Assembly (NCBI GenBank): GCA_902386535.1
Contig: CABMJK010000014.1
Location: forward strand, 1-57,236
DNA from: Candidatus Burarchaeum australiense
GTDB lineage: Archaea; Micrarchaeota; Micrarchaeia; Burarchaeales; Burarchaeaceae
Direction of reading: 5' to 3'
DNA: 57,236 nucleotides
Part shown: piece after piece, positions 50,451 to 57,236 of the stretch
How the letters are laid out: each line of letters starts with the position of its first letter
Position numbering within the stretch: position 1 is the first letter of the stretch
The notes under the pieces: generated by a model
Told to the model about the DNA's origin: nothing
Databases searched by the model: none
The model's input: only the letters and a program-made list of their open reading frames with translations
Program-made: the position numbers and the translations under genes

Positions 50451-52049
50451 CTAATTCTTCTTTTCCTTCTCGCCCGCGCGGCCCCTGCCCCCGCTTTCCT
50501 CCGGGAACGCCTTCACCTCTTCCATCATCGCGGCCTTCTCGCCCTCGCCGGTCGGGGAAACCGCGCCGGTGTGCATCTCCTCAATCGCAACGCCGTTGGA
50601 ACGCAGGATTTCCTCGATGGGCTTCTCGCTCTCGCCAGTCGTAATCTCGCAGAGCAGCGCCATGTTCTTCACCAGCGCGCAGCTCGGGCCTTCGGGAGAC
50701 TCGTTCGGGCACAGCTTGCCCCACTGCGAGCCGTGCAAGTCCCTGGCCTTGAAGTGCGGGTGCTTGCGCGAAAGCGGGGAAATGATGCGCCTCAAGTGCG
50801 AAACGGATGAAAGGTGGTTTGTGCGGTCGAGCAGCTGGGACACTCCCGTCTGCCCCGCAATCCAGTTGCCCGTGGCCATCGAATACCTCATCCTCTCGCT
50901 CAATGCGTCGGGCCTTACGATGGTCTGCACCACGAGCCTTCTTCCGCGCGCGAACGCGCGTTCGACCTGGTAAGCGACATCCTTGACGAGGAACTGGAAC
51001 GCATATCTGAAAAGCTCTTCCATCAGGTTGCCGGCCAGCTTGATCCTCTTGTTCCCGTAGAAGTCCTTGTCATCCTCGGGCACGATCTTGTAGGACACCT
51101 TCATGCCCTTCTCAGCCATCTTGCACAAGTAGTATGCCTTCGCGAGCCTGTCGCCGGGCTCGACTCCGAGATGGGGCAGGAGGTAGGTGTCGAGCAGCAC
51201 GTCGACGCGCTTGTTCCTGTACTCCCGCGCCTGGCCCGGAGCCACCTTCTTGCCGATGCTCTCGAGAGCCTCCTCGTGGTTCTTCGTCTCGTCAATCTCG
51301 AGGTTCAGGAGCAGGTCGTTCATTATCGGGCCCTTCTCCGCATCCTTGAAAGCGGCAATTATGTCCTCGTTCTTCTCCAGCCCGAGCGCGCGCAGGGCGG
51401 TCATTAGTCGCAGGTCCTTGGGCGCCGCCGGGAAGCTGACGTTCATCACGCCCTCCTGGCTCCTCTCGACGACGCACCGCGCCCTGAAGCCGAAGCGCAT
51501 CGAGAAGACCTTGGAGGTCGTGAGCGCGCCGTCCTTTTCGCGCGAAACCATTATGCGGTTGGGTGCCAGGTCCTCTATGGACACGAGCACGCGCTCGCTG
51601 CCGTTGATTATGAAATAGCCGCCCGGGTCCTCCGGGTCCTCGCCCTTCTCGACCAGCTGCTCGCGGCTCAGGCCCTCGAGGTGGCACAGCTTCGACTTCA
51701 CCATCACGGGCAGTTCGCCAATGAAAACTTCGGGGAAGCCGCGCCTCTCGACGCCGTTCACGATCGGGATGATCTCAAGGAAAATCGGGGCTGCATAGTT
51801 CAAATCGCGCATGCGCGCTTCCATCGGGCTGATGGGCCTGCGCGAGCCGTCGGCCTCCATCATCATGGGCTTTTCCTCGATGCGCACCTTGCCGAGCTTG
51901 AGCTTGTAGTTCTCGATGTTCGGTTCGATGATGCCCACGCGGTCGATTACCTGCTGTATGCCAAAAGTCACGAACTTATTATAGCTCTCCAGGTGCTGCC
52001 TCACGAGCGAGTTTTCCTGGAAATATGCGTCTAGAAGTTCAACGGTCAT
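50451..52049 (-). CDS. rpoB2: RNA polymerase subunit B'' (Rpo2N)
   Basis: QHLESYN, GGYFIINGSERV, GVSQLLDR, CPNESPEG..LVKN. Confidence 0.97.
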   Translation of the reverse strand: MTVELLDAYFQENSLVRQHLESYNKFVTFGIQQVIDRVGIIEPNIENYKLKLGKVRIEEKPMMMEADGSRRPISPMEARMRDLNYAAPIFLEIIPIVNGVERRGFPEVFIGELPVMVKSKLCHLEGLSREQLVEKGEDPEDPGGYFIINGSERVLVSIEDLAPNRIMVSREKDGALTTSKVFSMRFGFRARCVVERSQEGVMNVSFPAAPKDLRLMTALRALGLEKNEDIIAAFKDAEKGPIMNDLLLNLEIDETKNHEEALESIGKKVAPGQAREYRNKRVDVLLDTYLLPHLGVEPGDRLAKAYYLCKMAEKGMKVSYKIVPEDDKDFYGNKRIKLAGNLMEELFRYAFQFLVKDVAYQVERAFARGRRLVVQTIVRPDALSERMRYSMATGNWIAGQTGVSQLLDRTNHLSSVSHLRRIISPLSRKHPHFKARDLHGSQWGKLCPNESPEGPSCALVKNMALLCEITTGESEKPIEEILRSNGVAIEEMHTGAVSPTGEGEKAAMMEEVKAFPEESGGRGRAGEKEKKN

Positions 52050-52208
52050 TCAATCATCCACATCCCGCATTTGCATCCTCGCATCCTGCCAGGCGGCCCG
52101 TCCTTCCCGCCATCCAACAACCGCCTCCTCGTCCTTCCCGGCGTCGCGGTTCGGCGCGCGCGAAAGGGAGGTCTCTCCCTCGTGTTAGCGCGCCCCTTTC
52201 CGGCCCCT

Positions 52209-52445
52209 TCACTCGACCACTAGCCTGTAATATGCCAGCTCGGTCTTCTTGTCAACGTCGCTTTTCCGCGTTATCCTGACAACGTCGCCCGCCTCGGCCT
52301 CCTTGTCCCTCAGCACCGCGTCGTTTGCATGTATCTTGGGTAGTTGCTCCGACTTAAGCCCGCTCTCGGAAAAGAACTTCTCCTTCTCCTGCTCCGACAG
52401 CACCTCGTGTTTCGGAATTAGGATATGCTCTGGGGACTCGGCCAA
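52209..52445 (-). CDS. rpoH: RNA polymerase subunit H (Rpo5)
   Basis: HILIPKHEVL, LPKI, GDVVRITRKS, YYRLV; TTG start. Confidence 0.95.
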   Translation of the reverse strand: MAESPEHILIPKHEVLSEQEKEKFFSESGLKSEQLPKIHANDAVLRDKEAEAGDVVRITRKSDVDKKTELAYYRLVVE

Positions 52446-52687
52446 ATAACCACCTTACTTTAGAAGTGCAAGTTGGCTCTTAGATAAGTCAGCAAGTTAT
52501 TTAAAGCTTAAACGGGCTTTTGCAATAATTTTACCGTAGCCTTCCCGCACCCTATAGTTACAGTGCAAGTCTTTTCCTCTATTATATGACTTAGGCCAGG
52601 TCAAAACGTGAAAAGCCGGGGCCAGGACGTGAACCGCTACAGGAATCACTGAGCCGATTTAGCCCCGTCACGCCTTCGCACGTCACT

Positions 52688-54172
52688 TTACTTCTTCTTA
52701 TTCGCGTCCTCCTCTTCCAGCATGTTCCTTATCATCTTCTGCAGCTGCAGCCTCTTGGCATCGTAGGCCTTCTCCTTGAGGCTCACGTCCGACATGCTCT
52801 GCTTTATCTCGGTAATCTTCCCGCTCTTGCCGCTCACCTCGGCCGAGACTTCTAGCGCGCTCACGGACTTGGACAGCAGCCTGAGCTGCTTCACGAGCCT
52901 GTCCCGTTCCACTTCCATCTCGTCAATAGCGTCAATTATTTCGGCCACCTGCTGCCTCTTGGCCACCGCGCTCTCGTACTTCTCGACGCCCTTGTGCGCA
53001 AGCTCGACCTGGTCCTCTATCTCCTTCTTGCTCTTGTTCAGTGCACCAACCATCTCGTCGGTCAGCTCCCTTATCTGGCCCGCCTCCTGCCGGAAGCCCA
53101 TGTCCACCTTGGCCAGCTGCCCGTCGTACTCGTCCAGCGAGCCGATGAGCTTCTTCTTCGCGCTCATGAGCTCCTCGTACTTGCTCTCATGCGTTTCCAG
53201 CGCCTTGGTTATCGCGTCCGTGCGGTCTGCCAGTATGCGGCTCTGCTCGTCCACCTCGCGCTCCATCACCTCGAGGCTCTCCTTCTCCTTCCTCAGCCGC
53301 GCCAGGTTCTCGCTCACGTTCCCGCTCACAAGTATGTCCTTCATCGTGCCCAGCTTCCGGTCGATGTCCAGCACGCGGAATTGCAGCTTCTCGATGAGCG
53401 CCTCGGCATCGGCCTTGTACTGCTGCATCTCCTTGGCGCTCTCCTCGAGCTTGGCCATGGCCTCGATGGCTCCGGCAATCTCGGTCTTCTGCTCGGCGCT
53501 CCGCTTCAGCGCCTGCTGCAGCGAGGTCTTCACCTCCTCGACCGACTCGAGGCTCTTGTCCAGCTTCTTCCTCGCGTCGGCAATCTCGTTCACGCGGTCG
53601 CGCAGGCCGGGCGTCTTCTCGATTTCCTTCACGCGCTTGTTCATTTCCGCCAGCAGTTCGCGCTTGCGCTGAATCTCGCGCTCAATCGCATTCAGCTTCT
53701 CGAGCATGTCGCTGATCTTGGTCATCTTCTCCTGGAACAGCTTTTCCTTGTCCTTGTCGACCGCGTGCAGGGCGTCGAGCCTGCCCCTCAGCTTCTCGGG
53801 AAGCTGCTGGTCCATGGCGCCCGCCAGCTCGGTCAGCTCCTTCCTTATGGATTGCAGGTCGCCCTCCTTCGCCTTCGCGCGCTCAATGAGCGCCCTCAGG
53901 TCCCGCGTTATCGAGGCCTTCTGCTCGTCAATCTTCTCGATATTGACCTTCATGTCCTCCTCGGTCGGGCCCTTCCACACGAGGTAGATGCGCGTGAGCC
54001 TGTACTCCAGCTTCAGCACCTTTTCCTCCTCGAGAAGCTTGGCCCACTCCTCGGCCACCGGGGTAGAGACTCCGAGCGCCGAGGCCGCTTCGCTGAGCTC
54101 GATTTTTTGCCTGTCGTGAACTATCCGTATGAGGCCGTCTATGCCAGTTGTAATAGGGCCTTCCTGCGCCAT
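52688..54172 (-). CDS. Long coiled-coil protein with N-terminal winged-HTH-like domain
   Basis: ITTGIDGLI...EAASALGVS..VAEEWAKLLEE followed by ~420 aa of E/K/L-rich heptads; no ATPase motif. Confidence 0.8.
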   Translation of the reverse strand: MAQEGPITTGIDGLIRIVHDRQKIELSEAASALGVSTPVAEEWAKLLEEEKVLKLEYRLTRIYLVWKGPTEEDMKVNIEKIDEQKASITRDLRALIERAKAKEGDLQSIRKELTELAGAMDQQLPEKLRGRLDALHAVDKDKEKLFQEKMTKISDMLEKLNAIEREIQRKRELLAEMNKRVKEIEKTPGLRDRVNEIADARKKLDKSLESVEEVKTSLQQALKRSAEQKTEIAGAIEAMAKLEESAKEMQQYKADAEALIEKLQFRVLDIDRKLGTMKDILVSGNVSENLARLRKEKESLEVMEREVDEQSRILADRTDAITKALETHESKYEELMSAKKKLIGSLDEYDGQLAKVDMGFRQEAGQIRELTDEMVGALNKSKKEIEDQVELAHKGVEKYESAVAKRQQVAEIIDAIDEMEVERDRLVKQLRLLSKSVSALEVSAEVSGKSGKITEIKQSMSDVSLKEKAYDAKRLQLQKMIRNMLEEEDANKKK

Positions 54173-54282
54173 TCCACGACCGCATGGGCATCGCTCAGCC
54201 TCTATATTAAGCTTTACTTTCGCGCCCCGTCCCACGTCTGAAAATGGATAGGTTTAATAAGTTGAAACGACGTAATTATGTC

Positions 54283-55242
54283 ATGAGCGCCAATCCAGGG
54301 ACTAGTCCGATTGCCGTCATAACTAAACCGGGTGCTGCCGGCCCTGCAACGGTAACACAAAAAGCACCCCCGGGTCAGGGCCGCGAGTTCGAAACCTCGG
54401 CCCGCAGGCGCCTCACGATTGAAGACACGATCTTCCACCTTCCGTACAAAGGCTCCAAGCTCGGCGGCGACCTTCTGTGCGAGAGGAAGCACGAGAAGAA
54501 GGGCGAGAGCTGGGAGTTGCACATAATAGCCGACATAAGCGGCCACGGCTTGGAAGCGGAGAACTTCCGCTCGGACATCGATGTCGCAGTTGAAACCGCG
54601 ATAAACAAATATCTCCTCGCTCATCCCTCCGGGAACCCTCCTTCGCCTGCAGAAATCCTGAAGCTGGCCGAGGCGGAGATAAAATCCGTTTTCGAGGAAA
54701 AGCTCGCCCCGTTCAGGAGAAATGCCGAGATAGCTGCGCTCCAGAAGAAACTGTTCCCGCAGGAGAAGCTGGACAATTCAGCCGAGAAGGCGCTCGATAC
54801 CTATTCCGGGAAATTCGTGACGCTGGCCTGCGTCGTATTTGACCTCGAAAAGCACGAGCTCACGCATGCGAGCGCGGGGCAAGAGGCGATTCTCCGCTAT
54901 TCTGCCATGGACAAAAAGACCGCCCCGCTGGACTCGGAGGTTGCAATGCCTGTGTTCTTTGATGATTTCCTGTGCAACAAGAATGGCTTCACCGAAAAAA
55001 CCGTGAAACTGGCGGAGGGGGACATAGTCCTGCTGCTCACTGACGGCATCTTCGACCTGTTCAGGAAGCGGAAGCTCACCGAGGCCGTATTTTCAAACGT
55101 GATTACGCACTACGAGTCCGAGTCAACGGGCGACATAATGAAGAAGCTGGAAGGCATAATGGACGCCGCGGGCGCAGGGGGCGCGCTTTTCAACCTTCAG
55201 GAAGTCGACGATGCCACCATGCGCCTGTTCAAGGTGCAATAA
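54283..55242 (+). CDS. PP2C/SpoIIE-type Ser/Thr phosphatase
   Basis: GGD, IADISGHG, FVTLA, ASAGQ, LLTDG, DDAT metal-binding motifs. Confidence 0.88.
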   Translation: MSANPGTSPIAVITKPGAAGPATVTQKAPPGQGREFETSARRRLTIEDTIFHLPYKGSKLGGDLLCERKHEKKGESWELHIIADISGHGLEAENFRSDIDVAVETAINKYLLAHPSGNPPSPAEILKLAEAEIKSVFEEKLAPFRRNAEIAALQKKLFPQEKLDNSAEKALDTYSGKFVTLACVVFDLEKHELTHASAGQEAILRYSAMDKKTAPLDSEVAMPVFFDDFLCNKNGFTEKTVKLAEGDIVLLLTDGIFDLFRKRKLTEAVFSNVITHYESESTGDIMKKLEGIMDAAGAGGALFNLQEVDDATMRLFKVQ

Positions 55243-55394
55243 CTTTACCCTCGTTTTCTAGCAAACTATTGGTAGGCTCAGAGAGAGAAAGATTTTTAAA
55301 CCTGCCTGCTAAACTTTTTAAAACTAACGAGAGTCGGCAGACGTGCGGGCGCAGGCATGAGCTGGCCTACTTACAATCATCAAGGGTTGCTCAA

Positions 55395-56291
55395 ATGACT
55401 GAAACTTGTCCGGAATGCAAAAGCAAGAACCTAGTGCGGGACCACGAGAAGGGCGAGGTCATCTGCAAGGAATGCGGGCTCATCGTGAGCGAGGAGCTGG
55501 ACGCCGGGCCGGAATGGCGCGCCTTCGACTCCGAGCAGCGCGACAAGCGCGCCCGCACCGGCGCACCGTCGAAATACATGAGGCCCAACAAGGGCCTCGT
55601 CACCGAGATAGACCAGTACAACCGCGACATACGCGGCGTGAAGATTTCCTCCAACAAGCAGGCGCAGCTCTACCGCATGCGCAAGTGGCACAAGCGCGCC
55701 TCGGTGGCGAGTTCCATGGAGCGCAATCTCTCCATAGCGTTGAGCGAGCTTGACCGCATCGCGAGCTACCTGGGCCTGCCCGAGGGCATGCGCGAGGCAG
55801 CCGCCCTCCTTTACAGGCGCTGCGTCGAGCGCGGCCTCATCCGCGGCAGGCTCATCGAGGCCGTGGTGGCCGGCGTGCTCTATGCCATATGCCGCGAATA
55901 CGGCGTGCCGCGCACGCTGGACGAGCTCGCGGCGCAGTCGAACATCGAGAAGAAGGAGATAGGCCGCGCCTACCGCCTCATCGCGCGCGAGATGAACCTC
56001 AAGCTTCCACTCACCGACCCGTCGCAGTACATACCGCGCCTCTGCTCGTCCCTGAAGCTGAGCGGCCGCGTGCAGGAGCGCGCCATCGAGATGACCCACA
56101 AGGCGATAAACGGCTCGCTCATAAGCGGCCGCGGCCCGAGCGGCGTCGCGGCTGCGGCAGTCTACATCGCGGCCTCGCTCGAGGGCGAGCGGCGCACGCA
56201 GAAGGAAGTCTCGGACGTCGCAGGCGTTACGGAAGTTACGATCCGCAATAGATACCGCGAGCTGAAGAAGGCGCTGAACCTGAAGGCCTGA
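55395..56291 (+). CDS. tfb: Transcription initiation factor IIB
   Basis: Zn ribbon CPEC...CKECG, GPEWRAF, two cyclin repeats, VTEVTIRNRY. Confidence 0.97.
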   Translation: MTETCPECKSKNLVRDHEKGEVICKECGLIVSEELDAGPEWRAFDSEQRDKRARTGAPSKYMRPNKGLVTEIDQYNRDIRGVKISSNKQAQLYRMRKWHKRASVASSMERNLSIALSELDRIASYLGLPEGMREAAALLYRRCVERGLIRGRLIEAVVAGVLYAICREYGVPRTLDELAAQSNIEKKEIGRAYRLIAREMNLKLPLTDPSQYIPRLCSSLKLSGRVQERAIEMTHKAINGSLISGRGPSGVAAAAVYIAASLEGERRTQKEVSDVAGVTEVTIRNRYRELKKALNLKA

Positions 56292-56348
56292 GCCCCGGCA
56301 ACCGCCCGCGCGGACCGCTTAATCAGTTAAAAATATTCGCTAATGTAA

Positions 56349-56473
56349 AGGGAAGGTATCGGAAACCGTAGGTTTCTGATTTTTGGGCCGGTAGCTTAGC
56401 CTGGTTGGAGCGCTCGGCTGATAGAACCCTGAAGGTTTCCGAGGGAAGGTATCGGAAACCGTAGGTTTCTGAT
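56349..56473 (+). repeat. Perfect 32-bp direct repeat (family B), one copy in the tRNA-Ile leader and one in its intron
   Basis: AGGGAAGGTATCGGAAACCGTAGGTTTCTGAT at 56349-56380 and 56442-56473. Confidence 0.92.
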
Positions 56474-56509
56474 ACCGAGAGGTCCTGCGTTCAAATCGCA
56501 GTCGGCCCA
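56385..56509 (+). tRNA. tRNA-Ile(GAT) with a 50-nt intron at position 37/38 (56424-56473)
   Basis: Acceptor GGGCCGG/TCGGCCC; CTCGG-CTGATA|intron|A-CCGAG; CTGCG-TTCAAAT-CGCAG T arm; relaxed BHB (CTGA/TCTG, AACC/GGTT). Confidence 0.92.
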
Positions 56510-56573
56510 CTAATTTTTCTGACCCTTGCCGATCTGTGCATATTTTTTTAAATTTTTCCGCCCATGCACTAGC

Positions 56574-57149
56574 ATGGACCTTGCCTGGGACGACGCGCGC
56601 ACGCGGAAGTTCACGAGCACGCTCGGTCTAATCACGAGCGACGGGCCGTGGGGGCCCAACATAATGTGCGCCGAGTGGAGCCGCCACATTTCCTATTCCC
56701 CGAGCATCATGCTCCTGAACCTGCACGCAGTGGACGCCACGGCGGACAATATCCTCAAGTCAAGGGAGTTCGGCATCAACCTCGCGGCGGAGAATCAGGC
56801 CCAGTTGTGCAGCGCGGCAGGCGGCAGCACGGGCAAGCAGGTGGACAAGATCGGGCTGCTGAAGGCGCTCGGGGCGGAATTCTACGCGGCGAAGAAAATC
56901 AGGGCGCCGATGCTGAAGGGCGCGTCCATGAATGCCGAATGCAAGCTCGTCAAGAGCGAGATGGTCGGCGACCACGTCATGTTTGTCGGCGAGCTGGTTG
57001 AAATAAGCGCAGACCCCAACCTCGAGTCGCTTCTCTATCATCAGGGCAAATACTGGAAATTAGGCGAGCAGATTCCCAGGCCCCCGCAGGAAATCATCGA
57101 CAAGGCAAAGGCCCTGGTGGAAAAGTATCGGAAGAAACAGCAGGCCTGA
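56574..57149 (+). CDS. Flavin reductase-like FMN-binding protein
   Basis: GPNIM, ISYSP, TADNI..EFGIN, GKQVDK, ECKL, GDHVMFVGE. Confidence 0.9.
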   Translation: MDLAWDDARTRKFTSTLGLITSDGPWGPNIMCAEWSRHISYSPSIMLLNLHAVDATADNILKSREFGINLAAENQAQLCSAAGGSTGKQVDKIGLLKALGAEFYAAKKIRAPMLKGASMNAECKLVKSEMVGDHVMFVGELVEISADPNLESLLYHQGKYWKLGEQIPRPPQEIIDKAKALVEKYRKKQQA

Positions 57150-57236
57150 TTCTCGCTTGCCGCCCCGCTCATGCAACGTGCACGGTTACCGGGCCACGGG
57201 GCTGCCTGACTTGCATTTCGTTCAGCTTCGGCGGCG

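Noticed and set aside
50489..50512. CCCGCTTTCC-TCC-GGGAACG in the RpoB'' tail as a family A remnant
   Set aside because: Single imperfect hairpin without the 6-nt spacer or second stem; could be chance.
52560..52687. Possible structured RNA (SRP, 5S or H/ACA) upstream of rpoH
   Set aside because: Only short nested stems (ACGTG/CACGT, CGGGGC/GCCCCG); no diagnostic motif recognised.
56349..56473. 32-bp palindromic direct repeat as a mini CRISPR array
   Set aside because: Only two copies, the intervening sequence is tRNA exon, and there are no cas genes in the window.

Overview
Archaeal chromosomal window, most consistent with a DPANN lineage such as Micrarchaeota (inference from PolD DP1/DP2, split rpoB''/B' and rpoA'/A'', TFB, Nop5, short RpoA'' and tRNAs with non-canonical BHB introns). 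The left ~4.2 kb looks like the end of an integrated element (tyrosine recombinase with a Zn-ribbon tail plus hypothetical genes) next to a tRNA-Pro/tRNA-Leu pair. The backbone holds argS (one-base frameshift), an SPFH gene, tRNA-Arg(TCT) with two introns, polD, ogg, glyS, a SelB-like gene, nop5, smc, a Xaa-Pro peptidase, the rpoH-B''-B'-A'-A''-L30e-nusA-S12-S7-EF2 cluster, a PP2C phosphatase, tfb, an intron-containing tRNA-Ile(GAT) and a flavin reductase. An AT-rich island (~21.4-24.6 kb) carries an RsaI-like type II R-M pair and an operon of four small HTH paralogues plus an HTH/HEPN-like protein. A surface-protein cluster follows (24.6-36 kb). The most striking unannotated signal is two families of short palindromic elements. 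Family A (double hairpin, five copies, one nested in another) and family B (AGGGA(A)GGT plus an AACC-GTA-GGTT hairpin, four copies) sit in tRNA introns, tRNA leaders, a 5' UTR and in frame inside argS, glyS and nop5, with compensatory base changes preserving the stems.
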